This document shows positions 39,317 to 49,156 of a stretch of DNA of 64,000 bases, piece by piece. Position 1 is the stretch's first letter. Each line of letters opens with the position of its first letter. Under the pieces are notes generated by a model. It did not search any database and had not been told where the DNA came from. It saw only the letters and a program-made list of their open reading frames with translations. Made by a program: the position numbers and the translations under genes. The stretch is taken from positions 41,590-105,589 of the forward strand of contig JAKAID010000001.1 in assembly GCA_021814545.1 (NCBI GenBank). Direction: 5' to 3'. The stretch is from a bacterium (GTDB lineage Bacteria; Patescibacteriota; Minisyncoccia; UBA6257; GWB1-50-10).

Positions 39317-39350
39317 CAAAAAAATATCGCACCTTCTTGCGCGATATTTT
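39317..39350. terminator. perfect 11-bp hairpin flanked by A/T runs (bidirectional terminator-like)
   Basis: aaaaaaatatcgcaccttcttgcgcgatattttt. Confidence 0.4.
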
Positions 39351-39544
39351 TGCGCGGGAGAAATATTTTGAGTGTTTAATAGGAATTTTCGCGAGCGTCA
39401 ACATCTATGAGTGCGCGAGAGGGAGGGGCAGGTTTCACGGGTTCTTTAAGGATTGTATATGTCGCACAATATATCTTTTGCGACAGTGCAATATGACTGC
39501 GTATCGCACAACGGCTCTCCGGGACGCTTACGAAAAATTGGTTG

Positions 39545-39943
39545 CTAAAGGTAGTTCACGAGCCAGCGGATTCCCTGCGCAATGAGTTCAAATAATTTTT
39601 GCGCAAGTGCTGCCACCCCATCGATAAACCCCGGCGCGTTCGCAAGGTTCACGTTCTCGTTGTACCACTGCACAATTCTCTGCACTACGTCGCTTACTGA
39701 GGTATAGCTTACGGAATGCGATCGCAAAAAATCGTTCATGTAGGGGCCGCTCGTTATGAGCTCATATTTAGGCAGTTTTTCCTGGAGCTTATTGCTTATA
39801 TCGGTGAGGAATGCCCAAGCGTCGTTCAATGGCCCGGGAATCGCGCTATACGCGCCATTTGAGGGGTTTTGGGCATATACCATACTCGCGCTTATTGTGG
39901 CGCCTATAATTGCGCTTATTGCGAATAAACGCACCCTTTTCAT
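39545..39943 (-). CDS. secreted hypothetical protein
   Basis: Signal peptide MKRVRLFAISAIIGATISASMVYAQ (track ORF extends to 40033). Confidence 0.5.
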   Translation of the reverse strand: MKRVRLFAISAIIGATISASMVYAQNPSNGAYSAIPGPLNDAWAFLTDISNKLQEKLPKYELITSGPYMNDFLRSHSVSYTSVSDVVQRIVQWYNENVNLANAPGFIDGVAALAQKLFELIAQGIRWLVNYL

Positions 39944-39959
39944 GCCTCTATTATACCAC

Positions 39960-41300
39960 TTATGAAGCTTTGCAGCCCGCATCGCGCATTTTGGGCACAT
40001 TATAAAGACTCGGAAGATAATATGCAGGGTCAATCGAAACGCCGACCGGTACCGTCCCCGCAGCGGGCGGCACTGCCTTGTATTGGACGCTCGGCGCCCA
40101 GAAGACGCTCAAGTGCAAATGCGGCCCGTAGGCATAACCAGTGTTGCCGAGATACCCTATTACGTCGCCGCGCTTAACAGTATCCCCTTCTTTCACTGCA
40201 ATTTTTGAAAGGTGCGCGTAGAGCGTCGTGAGGTTGTTGCTGTGCTGTATCAAAATGTGTTTGCCGTACTGGTAACGATTCCAGCGCGAGGTGCCCCGGT
40301 CATTGTTCCCGGTCTTTACCACTTTGCCATCATCGGCCGCAAGGACTGGCGTACCGATAGGTCCGCCGAAGTCTACGCCATTGTGGGATTTTGTGCGGTA
40401 GGCACGCGCAGCGAATCTGGTCGGGCCATAGCACTGCGTGATGTAGATATCGTCTACTGGGAACGAGAGTACGCCCGGACGCTTCAGTGGCAACAGGGTC
40501 GGGTCGAACGACTCGCGCAGCTTGTGCTCGATTTCTTCGATGACTGAGCTTATTTCCGCCTGTTTTTTATCAAGCTCGTCAAGTTGCTGCTGATAGTACT
40601 GCTCAACGTTCTTCGTCTGTTCAAGCAGACGCTGCTTTTCCGCTTTTTGTTCCTGCGTTATCTGCTGGAGATTCAGAAGGTCGCTCTTTTGAATTTCCTT
40701 TTTTGTCTTTGTTTTTTTATTCTGGTCTATCTTGTCCGTATAGTCTCCTTGCAGTTGCTGCAGGCTCACGATATTTTCGTTGAGCGATTTATTGAGCGTG
40801 GCGATGCTCTCGATGGCAGAAACGCTGTCGCTTAGCGACTCGCTGCGGAGAATGCGCTCAAAGAGCGTTTCGTTCTCGCGCTCCTGCAATTCGATGAATA
40901 GCTTTCCTATCGATTCTTTTTGGACCGCGATAGAGTTACGGATGTTGTCTATCTCATTGCTCAGTGAATCTATTTCGTAGTTCAGTTTTTCAATGTTCAC
41001 CGTATTCGATTTAATCGAAAGGTTCAGCTGATTGATATTGAGGTTGTATGTCTGTATCTCTTTGCTGATGCTGTCTTTCGAGCGCCCTACATCCTCAAGC
41101 GCCTTTTCAATGGGCGCGCGCTGCTCCTGAAGTTTTTGGAGCTCCACGCTTTTTTCCTCGATGTGTTTTTGGAGGTCGCTCATCGGTGTGCCCTGCACCG
41201 CCTGTGCAAGGAGCGCATTTTGCTGTGCGTGCACCGTCGCATCTCCGAAGAGCGCGACAAGAACGGCACACAGTATGACGAGTGCGGTAGTGCGGCGCAT
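39960..41300 (-). CDS. peptidase M23 family murein endopeptidase with N-terminal coiled coil (EnvC-like)
   Basis: Signal peptide; long coiled-coil region; M23 catalytic HxxxD/HxH region GVDFGGPIGTPV...GPHLHLSVFW. Confidence 0.75.
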   Translation of the reverse strand: MRRTTALVILCAVLVALFGDATVHAQQNALLAQAVQGTPMSDLQKHIEEKSVELQKLQEQRAPIEKALEDVGRSKDSISKEIQTYNLNINQLNLSIKSNTVNIEKLNYEIDSLSNEIDNIRNSIAVQKESIGKLFIELQERENETLFERILRSESLSDSVSAIESIATLNKSLNENIVSLQQLQGDYTDKIDQNKKTKTKKEIQKSDLLNLQQITQEQKAEKQRLLEQTKNVEQYYQQQLDELDKKQAEISSVIEEIEHKLRESFDPTLLPLKRPGVLSFPVDDIYITQCYGPTRFAARAYRTKSHNGVDFGGPIGTPVLAADDGKVVKTGNNDRGTSRWNRYQYGKHILIQHSNNLTTLYAHLSKIAVKEGDTVKRGDVIGYLGNTGYAYGPHLHLSVFWAPSVQYKAVPPAAGTVPVGVSIDPAYYLPSLYNVPKMRDAGCKAS

Positions 41301-41302
41301 GG

Positions 41303-42736
41303 TTATAATTCCGTTCTCAATTTTCCTATCGCTTCGCCGATGCGCGTGTCCGATTCCCGCTTTCCCAGCACGCGGAGCAGTTCAACGGGACCCGGCGACG
41401 CTTCCTGTCCAGAAAGAGCAACACGAAGCGGCCAGAGAACGTCGCCTCTCCCCTCTTCGTTCGCGTATTGCATAAGCGCCGCCTCCGTTCCTTCCGATGG
41501 GAAGGCGGAACCTTTGTCGCCCGCAAGGAGCGCACGCGCGTGTTCGAGACGCTCTGCGGTTTTTTCCGATGTTGCCTGTTTCCAGACGAGCATTGAGGGT
41601 TTGTAGTCCGCAAGCTCGAATATGAAGCCAACTTCTTTTCTGAAGTCCGCAAGATTTTTCATGCGGTCCTTTACGAGCGCGATGGCGCGCGTGAGCCTTT
41701 CTCTGTCCCCTGCCCAATGCTCAGGAACGAAAGACGCGAGGTGTTCCGCGAGCGCCTTCTCATCCATTGCACGAATGTGCATGGAGTTCATCCAATCCAG
41801 TTTTTCTGGGTTGTAGATAGCGCCCGCTTTTTGCACGCGTTTTATCGAGAATGCCTCTACCATTTCGGGCACGGTGAGCACCTCGCGGTTATCGGTCGGG
41901 TGCCACCCCAAAAGCACAAGGAAATTGAGGAGCGCGCTCGGTAGGTAGCCCTGACTGCGGTAGTCATTTATGGAATTCGTGAGGAAGCGCTTCGAGAGTT
42001 TCTTTTTATCCGGACCAAGGATGAGCGGCAGGTGCGCATAACGCGGCGTGGGAAGACCGAGTGCTTCCTGGAGCATCATTTGTTTTGGCGTATTCGAGAG
42101 GTGTTCCTCGCCGCGAATGACGTGGGTAATGCCCATGTCCGCATCGTCCACGACCGATGCAAAGTTATACAGCGGTTCGCGCATGCCTTTTGCGATGATG
42201 ATGTCGCCGAAGAGTCCCGTGTTGAACTCCACCTTGCCTCGTATCATATCGGTGAACGCGACTGTTTTCTCCGCCATTTTGAAGCGGACGACTCCGGGGT
42301 TCGCGCGGAGTTTTTCTGCTGCCGCTGCGGGTGAGAGCGCGCGGCACTTGCCGCTATACTTGGGAACGAGGCCCTGCGAGAGTTGTGCCTCGTATTCTGC
42401 CTCGAGTTCTTCCGTAGAGCAGAAACAAAAATAAACACGTTTCTCCTCAAAGAGTTTCTTTAACGTGCGTTCATAGATATCGAGCCGTTCGCTCTGGCGT
42501 ACGATAGGCTCGTCGCTTGCGAGCCCGAGCCACTCGAGGTTTTTTAACACATCTTCCTCGAAGCGCTTCTCCGAGCGCTGCTTGTCGGTATCTTCGATGC
42601 GGACAATGAATTTTCCTCCCTCGTGACGGGCAAAAAGCCAGTTAAAAAGGGCCGTTCGTACCCCGCCAATATGCAAAAAACCGGTTGGCGAGGGCGCAAA
42701 ACGTACTCTGACCTCCATGGCCAAAGTATACCCCAA
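41303..42736 (-). CDS. gltX: glutamyl-tRNA synthetase
   Basis: HIGH motif PSPTGFLHIGG; KLSKR; 477 aa. Confidence 0.85.
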   Translation of the reverse strand: MGYTLAMEVRVRFAPSPTGFLHIGGVRTALFNWLFARHEGGKFIVRIEDTDKQRSEKRFEEDVLKNLEWLGLASDEPIVRQSERLDIYERTLKKLFEEKRVYFCFCSTEELEAEYEAQLSQGLVPKYSGKCRALSPAAAAEKLRANPGVVRFKMAEKTVAFTDMIRGKVEFNTGLFGDIIIAKGMREPLYNFASVVDDADMGITHVIRGEEHLSNTPKQMMLQEALGLPTPRYAHLPLILGPDKKKLSKRFLTNSINDYRSQGYLPSALLNFLVLLGWHPTDNREVLTVPEMVEAFSIKRVQKAGAIYNPEKLDWMNSMHIRAMDEKALAEHLASFVPEHWAGDRERLTRAIALVKDRMKNLADFRKEVGFIFELADYKPSMLVWKQATSEKTAERLEHARALLAGDKGSAFPSEGTEAALMQYANEEGRGDVLWPLRVALSGQEASPGPVELLRVLGKRESDTRIGEAIGKLRTEL

Positions 42737-42752
42737 AATGCAGGATTAGTCA

Positions 42753-43877
42753 CTATTTTACCGCACTTAAAATCTCGAGCGCGATGTCTTTCGCTGCATT
42801 TGGTTTAAAGAATGCTTGTGCTGCCGCGCGTACCTTTTCGCGGGCAACGCTATCTTTCATCATTGTCGCAATAAGCGAAAGTACGAGATGTGGCGTGAAG
42901 TTCGTCTCCTCTACCACCTGCGCCGCGCCTGTTGCGGCATATGCATACGCGTTCGCTCTTTGGTGGTCCTGTGCGGCATCGCTCAAAGGAATAAGGATGG
43001 CCGGCTTCCCTGCGGCCGCTATTTCGAAAATGGCGCCCGAGCCTGCGCGTGAGATGATAACGTCCGCTGCGTCAAAGAGCGCCTTCATCTGGTCGGCGGA
43101 GAGGTACCCGTACGCGCGGTACTGTTCACGGAGCTTCTCATCAAGTCCGCTCGTGCCGGTGTGCGCGAGCACCTGCGCGTTCGGGAGATTCTCCATGCCG
43201 GTTTGGTGTGCAATCTGGAGCGCAGGAAGGAATTGGTCGAGATTATCAATAATGAATGCGTTTATGCGGGTCGAGCCCTGCGAACCGCCGAGCACGAGCA
43301 CGAGCGGTTTTTCGGGGTCGAACTGGAACGCTTGCTTTGTAAGTTTTTGGTCGCTGCCGCGTGCGGAGAATATCGAACGCACTGGGTTGCCCACCACCCT
43401 CGTTTTTCCTTTCGGGAAATATTGCTCCGCATCTTTGAACGCGAGGAGTATTTTCGCTGCGGATTTTGCGGCAATCGTATTGGTGAGCCCGGGCACCGCA
43501 TCAGATTCGTGTATAACGACCGGAATGCCGTACCACTTCGCCGCGATAACGACCGGAAGCGCGCCGGGGCCGCCTTTCGAGAAGATAACATTCGGCATTT
43601 CCGAATACAGTTTTATGAGCGCCTCAAGCACGCTCCAGCCGAATTTGGGAATGTCGATGAGGTTTTGGAATGAGGCGTAGCGGCGCAGCTTGCTTGAAGT
43701 GATGGGGTATATCGTGATGGCGCGACGTTCAAACTCATTCATGAGCGCGTGTTCCGGACCGAAGTAAGAAAGGCGCATGTCGGGACCCGCAGTTTCGCGG
43801 AGTGCGTCAGCGACCGCAAGAAGCGGATACAAGTGTCCGCCCGTCCCCCCGCCTGCAAGTGCAATACGAATATCCAT
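42753..43877 (-). CDS. murG: undecaprenyldiphospho-muramoylpentapeptide beta-N-acetylglucosaminyltransferase MurG
   Basis: N-terminus GGGTGGHLYPLLAVA; GT28 architecture; dcw cluster context. Confidence 0.85.
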   Translation of the reverse strand: MDIRIALAGGGTGGHLYPLLAVADALRETAGPDMRLSYFGPEHALMNEFERRAITIYPITSSKLRRYASFQNLIDIPKFGWSVLEALIKLYSEMPNVIFSKGGPGALPVVIAAKWYGIPVVIHESDAVPGLTNTIAAKSAAKILLAFKDAEQYFPKGKTRVVGNPVRSIFSARGSDQKLTKQAFQFDPEKPLVLVLGGSQGSTRINAFIIDNLDQFLPALQIAHQTGMENLPNAQVLAHTGTSGLDEKLREQYRAYGYLSADQMKALFDAADVIISRAGSGAIFEIAAAGKPAILIPLSDAAQDHQRANAYAYAATGAAQVVEETNFTPHLVLSLIATMMKDSVAREKVRAAAQAFFKPNAAKDIALEILSAVK

Positions 43878-45007
43878 TATGCGCGTCTATATTTTGATAT
43901 GTTAGCAATGATGCCGCACATGGTCAAAAACACCGCAATGGAGGTGCCGCCGTAACTCACGAATGGCAGCGGTACGCCGGTCATCGGAATAACGCCCGAG
44001 ATAGCACCAATGTTCACGAATGCTTGGAGCCCGAAAAGCGATATGAAACTTGTCGCGAGGTAGCGCCCGAAATTGTCCGGTGATTTTCTCGCTATCTTTA
44101 GTCCGCGCCAGAGGAACGCAAGGAAGAATACGAGGAACGTAATGGCGCCCACGAAACCAAGTTCGCTCGCGATGACCGCAAAGACGGAATCTCCCATCGG
44201 TTCCGGAAGATAGAATTTTGCGGTTGAATTGCCGAAGCCTGCCCCGAAGAGGCCGCCGGAGCCTATCGCGATCTGCGACTGGTTAATGTGATATCCCTTA
44301 CCTGAGGGGTCCGTACTTGCGTTCAAAAAAGTATTTACGCGGTCGATGCGGTACGAAGACGAAGCGAACGGGTTGAAAATGAAAAGTATGACGAGGCCGA
44401 GACACGCAGCAAGAATGAGTGCCGCAACGAACCGTATGTTCGCGCCGGACGTGAAGTACACCAGGAGCGAGGTAAGAAAAATAAGGCCGGCGGTAGAGGT
44501 CGCGGGTTGCATCAGGAGCAGGAGCACCACAAGCCCCACCAGTATCGTGAAGGGCGCCAACCCTCCCCAAAAACTTTTCCCGCGCTGTTGCCCTTTCGCT
44601 ATCCATGCGGAGAGGTATATGAAAAACGCGAGTTTCATGAATTCGCCCGGCTGGAACGAGAATGAGCCGAGGTTTACCCAGCGGTCGGCACCTTTTGCGT
44701 GCTGCACGAGCGGCGTGAATACAAGGAGCAGTGCGATGATGCCCAGCACGAGGATGAGCGGCGCCCACTTCTCCCAGTTGCGGTAATACACGAAGTAACC
44801 GATGAAAAAGCCGATGATTCCCGGCAGGATGCCGTTCAGAAGCTGGTGCTTCAGATAATACATGCTGTCATTGAAGCGCGTTTTAGAAAGCTCGGAGGAT
44901 GCGCTCGTGAGCATCACAAGGCCGAACACGAGGAGTGCCACCAAAAAACCGATGAAGACCATGTCGGCGGCCGCACTGCGGGGTGTTACGCGTTTTAAAA
45001 ATCCCAT
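43877..45007 (-). CDS. ftsW: SEDS family cell-division protein FtsW
   Basis: Polytopic membrane protein; IGSGGLFGAGFGNS...DSVFAVIASELGFVGA; adjacent to murG. Confidence 0.8.
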   Translation of the reverse strand: MGFLKRVTPRSAAADMVFIGFLVALLVFGLVMLTSASSELSKTRFNDSMYYLKHQLLNGILPGIIGFFIGYFVYYRNWEKWAPLILVLGIIALLLVFTPLVQHAKGADRWVNLGSFSFQPGEFMKLAFFIYLSAWIAKGQQRGKSFWGGLAPFTILVGLVVLLLLMQPATSTAGLIFLTSLLVYFTSGANIRFVAALILAACLGLVILFIFNPFASSSYRIDRVNTFLNASTDPSGKGYHINQSQIAIGSGGLFGAGFGNSTAKFYLPEPMGDSVFAVIASELGFVGAITFLVFFLAFLWRGLKIARKSPDNFGRYLATSFISLFGLQAFVNIGAISGVIPMTGVPLPFVSYGGTSIAVFLTMCGIIANISKYRRA

Positions 45008-45008
45008 A

Positions 45009-46508
45009 TTACTTCGCTCGTGTGATAATGGTTCCCTGGAGCGCTTTTGCGAATATGTTATTTTTCAGCACATGCGCGCCGTTCACGAACACATGGACGG
45101 GGCGGAAGTTCTCATGGACCGCGATGTCCGCAAAATACCCTTCCTTTATCTTTCCGCGCTTTGCGATGCCGTATTTTTTCGCGGGGAGCGCGGTCGCCTT
45201 CTCTACCGCGCGCTCCATAGTGATGGTCGTTGAGGCAGACGCGAGCTTCAGCAAGGCCGGATAGGTGTCGGTGCTCGGCGAATATTTGAATTCGCGCTTG
45301 CCGAAACTTGCACTGTTCGTCGCGATGAGCGAATTGGGGTGCGCGATGAATGTACTGAGTACTTTTTCGTCTACCACCTTTGCGGAGATAGTGGCGCGAA
45401 GCCCCGTAATGTCCATAATTTTCAAAAACGCTGCCTCGTAAGTGAGGCCGGCGCGCGTGCCGAATTCGCGAACGGAGCGCCCCTCGAGAAATTTGAGTGA
45501 TGCGTGCGGGATATGCGCCACGATACAATCACGGGGCGCGGTCGCCCTGAGGTGCGCCACGAGCCGTTCGCGCGCGTGCGGCGCTTTCATGTTCGCATGC
45601 ATCGCCGCAAGGTCATTTTCGCGGAACCATTCAGGAAGCAATTCATAGACGAGCATTGTTGTCGTGAGGAACGGGTTCACATCGAAATGCACATGAAGCT
45701 TTGCAGATGCCTTTTCTATGATGCCCGCCGCTTCTTCGTAGAGCGTGCGGTGCGCCTTGAGTGGCTGGAGGTGCAGTATTTCCACGTTCGCATGCGTTTC
45801 GGTCGCGAGCATCATCGCTTCGTCCACCGCCGCGAGGAGCTCGCTGCCGGTGTTGCGCAGGTGCATCGCGAAAATGCCGCGCTGTGCCGCGACCGTGTGC
45901 GCAAGCGCGCGGAGCTCGTGGAAAGGCGTACGCGATGCGTGCGTGTATTCAAGTCCGGTCGAGAGGCCGAGTGCGCCTTCCTTGAGCGAGCGCGTTACTA
46001 TCGCGTCCATGCTTTGGAGCTCGGACTCGGAGAGGTCGCGGAACGCGTCGCGGGTGAATACCCGGCGAAGCGTGGTGTGGCCTATGAGTGTGCCGAAATT
46101 AATGCCAAGGCCGCGCCTCTTCATCATTGCGAGAAATTCTTTTACGCTCGTCCAGTTCACATTCGTATGGAGCTCGCTCCCCCATTCGCGCACAGCGCGG
46201 AGCGACCCGTCAAGGAGCGGCGCCAGCGATACCCCGCAATTTCCGCCTATCGCGGTCGTGATGCCCTGACGGATAAAATCTTCCTGGTAGGGTTCGTAAA
46301 AAAGCGAAAGATAATGATCGGCGTGAGTGTTTATATCAATGAAGCCCGGGGTTACTATGGCGCCCGTTGCGTCGATGACCTCGTCCGCGTGCGCACGCGA
46401 GAGCGTACCGCATTTTGCGATGCGATTTCCTCGTATCAAAATGTCCTTTTTTGCGGGAACGTTTCCCGTTCCGTCGTAAACGAGACCGTTCTTAATAAGC
46501 GTGGTCAT
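45009..46508 (-). CDS. amidohydrolase family protein (D-aminoacylase/N-acyl-D-amino-acid deacylase-like) at the position normally held by murD
   Basis: Metal-binding PGFIDINTHADHY; 499 aa. Confidence 0.6.
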   Translation of the reverse strand: MTTLIKNGLVYDGTGNVPAKKDILIRGNRIAKCGTLSRAHADEVIDATGAIVTPGFIDINTHADHYLSLFYEPYQEDFIRQGITTAIGGNCGVSLAPLLDGSLRAVREWGSELHTNVNWTSVKEFLAMMKRRGLGINFGTLIGHTTLRRVFTRDAFRDLSESELQSMDAIVTRSLKEGALGLSTGLEYTHASRTPFHELRALAHTVAAQRGIFAMHLRNTGSELLAAVDEAMMLATETHANVEILHLQPLKAHRTLYEEAAGIIEKASAKLHVHFDVNPFLTTTMLVYELLPEWFRENDLAAMHANMKAPHARERLVAHLRATAPRDCIVAHIPHASLKFLEGRSVREFGTRAGLTYEAAFLKIMDITGLRATISAKVVDEKVLSTFIAHPNSLIATNSASFGKREFKYSPSTDTYPALLKLASASTTITMERAVEKATALPAKKYGIAKRGKIKEGYFADIAVHENFRPVHVFVNGAHVLKNNIFAKALQGTIITRAK

Positions 46509-46548
46509 TTCCTCTTTTTATTTTAGCACGTTGCGTGCTTCGGGGTAC

Positions 46549-47595
46549 CTATAGAAAGCGCGAGAGGAAGAAGAGCGCGAGGCCGAGGGTCGTCGTTACG
46601 ATGGTCACTATCCAGAAGCGCATCGTTATCTGGCTTTCGGGCCAACCGAGCGCCTCAAAGTGGTGATGGATGGGCGTCGAGAGGAACACCTTTCGTTTGA
46701 AGAACTTTTTACTCGCCATCTGGATGATGACCGTGATGGATTCGAATATCATGATGGATGCAAAGAATGGAAGGAAGAGCGCGGTGTTCGTGAGCATTAC
46801 CATCACGCCGAGCGTGATGCCGAGCGACATTGAACCCGTATCCCCCATGAAAAATTTGGCGGGGTAAATATTGAACCAAAGGAACGCAAGGAGTGCACCC
46901 AAAATGACCGTGTTCATCGCGGCGAGGTCAAAGCGGTGCGTGGCGAACGAAATTATCGCAAGCGCGCCGAATGCAAAAAAGAGCGTGCCTGCCGCAAGGC
47001 CGTCCAAGCCGTCCGTTTCGTTCGTGGAGAATGCGGTCGCGATAAGAATGAACATGAAGAACGGAATGTAGGTCCACCCCATCGACACATTCCCGTAGAA
47101 CGGAACGTAGAGCACGTCCCAGCCAAGGCGGTAGTAGAACCACCAGGCGCCTACGGCGGAAAGAAGCGTATAAAGGCCGAGTTTTTGTTTGATGCTCAAC
47201 CCCCCGCCGTGCGGCCCCTTCCCCATGATGCCGAAGATGTCGTCCATAAGGCCCACGATGGCCGCAAAAAAGAGCGAGGCGAGCGGGAGGTAGGTTTCTG
47301 CGCGGCTCACGAAATTAAAATAATTCGCGAACCCATCGAACATTTTCTGAAGTATAAAAAAGATGAGCGCGAGGCCTACCACCGTTCCCCAGATGATGAT
47401 GCCGCCCATGGTCGGTGTATCCGCCTTTTTCTTATGGAATTGGTAAAAAACCGGCGCGCTTGTTTCATCGCGAATATTCGTTTTTTTCACATTGAAAAAA
47501 CGCAGCAAGCGCACTATGAACGGCGTGGCGATGAGCGCTACAACGAAGGCGAGCGCGAAAAGGATGAGAATGCGAATGGCTTCGAATTGTATCAT
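46549..47595 (-). CDS. mraY: phospho-N-acetylmuramoyl-pentapeptide transferase MraY
   Basis: NETDGLDGLAAG signature; polytopic membrane protein. Confidence 0.9.
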   Translation of the reverse strand: MIQFEAIRILILFALAFVVALIATPFIVRLLRFFNVKKTNIRDETSAPVFYQFHKKKADTPTMGGIIIWGTVVGLALIFFILQKMFDGFANYFNFVSRAETYLPLASLFFAAIVGLMDDIFGIMGKGPHGGGLSIKQKLGLYTLLSAVGAWWFYYRLGWDVLYVPFYGNVSMGWTYIPFFMFILIATAFSTNETDGLDGLAAGTLFFAFGALAIISFATHRFDLAAMNTVILGALLAFLWFNIYPAKFFMGDTGSMSLGITLGVMVMLTNTALFLPFFASIMIFESITVIIQMASKKFFKRKVFLSTPIHHHFEALGWPESQITMRFWIVTIVTTTLGLALFFLSRFL

Positions 47596-47601
47596 GGGTT
47601 A

Positions 47602-48540
47602 TTAGTTGAACACGTACGCATCGCGGACCCAGTTCAAGAGCTTCGTGATGATTTCCTGGCGATTATTGCTCCCGAGCATGATGAACGCAAGGCGTTCGTT
47701 GCCGAAATTGAAGAACGCGAGCAGATTTTGCCGCGCCTCGGGCGAGGTGCCTGTTTTGCCGCCAAGAAACCGCGAGTCGGTCACGAAACTGTCTATATTA
47801 TACACCGTCCGGCTGTGTGAGTCGTTCACCGGCTGTACGAGATAGCTTTGCAGGCGGGTCCACTCGATGATGTCAGGGTGGTGCACTACGAGATATTTCG
47901 CGAGCTTCACGAGGTCGTTCGCGGTCGAACGGTTGTTGCCCGAAAGGCCCGACGCATCTTCCATCGTGGTCTGGGTCATGCCGATAAGTTCCAGTTTCTT
48001 TTTGAGGAGCTTTTGGAATTCGGCGCGGCCGCCCGCGTATTCTTCGAACGCCGTTGCGGCGCGATTCGAAGAAGTGAGGAGCATTATTTTCGTGAGATCC
48101 TCCGCGGAATACACCTCTCCGCTCTTTAAGTCACCCGCAAGCCCCTCGGTTTGCAGCGCAACTTCGGTGATGGGAATGTGTTTTGAAAAGCCGATGTCTT
48201 CGGCGACCACGGTTGCGGTAACAAGCTTAGAAATGGACGCGATGGGCCACTGTTTGTACGTTTGATAATTAAAAAACGGAAATTGCGAATCGAGCGATTG
48301 TATCATTACCGCTTCTGCGTCCACCTGGGGGTCGAGCACCTCCCATTTCCTTTGCGGATAGCGGTGAAGGCTCTGCTGTTGCGCGATCGAAGAAACGGCG
48401 CCCGACTCCGTTGAAACTACGGTCGCAATATCAGCCGTACGGTTCGCGGCAGAAGGGCTCGAATGGTTATAGGCAAGGGTGATGGCGACCGAGCTTACGA
48501 TAAGGAAGGCAAGGATAAAGGTTTGAACGCGGATGGTCAT
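47602..48540 (-). CDS. D-alanyl-D-alanine carboxypeptidase (serine peptidase S11)
   Basis: SISK (SxxK), SSN and KTG motifs; signal/TM N-terminus. Confidence 0.7.
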   Translation of the reverse strand: MTIRVQTFILAFLIVSSVAITLAYNHSSPSAANRTADIATVVSTESGAVSSIAQQQSLHRYPQRKWEVLDPQVDAEAVMIQSLDSQFPFFNYQTYKQWPIASISKLVTATVVAEDIGFSKHIPITEVALQTEGLAGDLKSGEVYSAEDLTKIMLLTSSNRAATAFEEYAGGRAEFQKLLKKKLELIGMTQTTMEDASGLSGNNRSTANDLVKLAKYLVVHHPDIIEWTRLQSYLVQPVNDSHSRTVYNIDSFVTDSRFLGGKTGTSPEARQNLLAFFNFGNERLAFIMLGSNNRQEIITKLLNWVRDAYVFN

Positions 48541-48544
48541 GGGT

Positions 48545-49156
48545 TTAGGCGAGGTCAGGCTCTGCGGGCGGGACGGGCACCGTGGGTGCGGGCGCGGGGG
48601 CCTGGAGCTGTTCTTCGAACTGGCGCAATTTTTCCCGGTACGTTTCGTATTCAGGAAGGTCTTTTAACGATGCAAGCCCCATATGCTTCAAAAATTGTTC
48701 GGTCACCCGATAGCGGAAGGACATGCCCTTTTCATCGCAGCGCTCCACAAGGCCGCGCATTACGAGTGCGCGGAGAGTGAAGCTTCCGTTCACGCCGCGT
48801 ACGTAGTCTACTGTGGCGCGCGGCACGGGCCCGAGGTACGCAATGAGCGAGAGCGTTTCGAGCGCCGCGGGAGTAAGCGCTTCCCGGAATTCATCTTTTA
48901 CTATTGCTTCGCCTATCGCATGGTGTTCTGCTTTTGTGACGAGCTGGACCCTTTCTTCCTTACGGAGGAGCATGAGGCCGCGTGCGGGGTTTCCCGCGAG
49001 TTCCGTTTCCCATGTGGTAAGCGCCGTTGCGCACGCCTCGGGGGTCGTGCCGAGGAGTGATGCCATTTTTTTGAGCCCGAGCGGCTCGCCAAAATAGAAG
49101 AGTAGGGCTTCGATGCGTGCAGTAAGGTTCGGTTGGAGATTTGTTTCGTCGCTCAT
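48545..49156 (-). CDS. scpB: segregation and condensation protein B
   Basis: RIEALLFYFGEPLGLKKMASLLG winged-helix ScpB signature. Confidence 0.75.
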   Translation of the reverse strand: MSDETNLQPNLTARIEALLFYFGEPLGLKKMASLLGTTPEACATALTTWETELAGNPARGLMLLRKEERVQLVTKAEHHAIGEAIVKDEFREALTPAALETLSLIAYLGPVPRATVDYVRGVNGSFTLRALVMRGLVERCDEKGMSFRYRVTEQFLKHMGLASLKDLPEYETYREKLRQFEEQLQAPAPAPTVPVPPAEPDLA

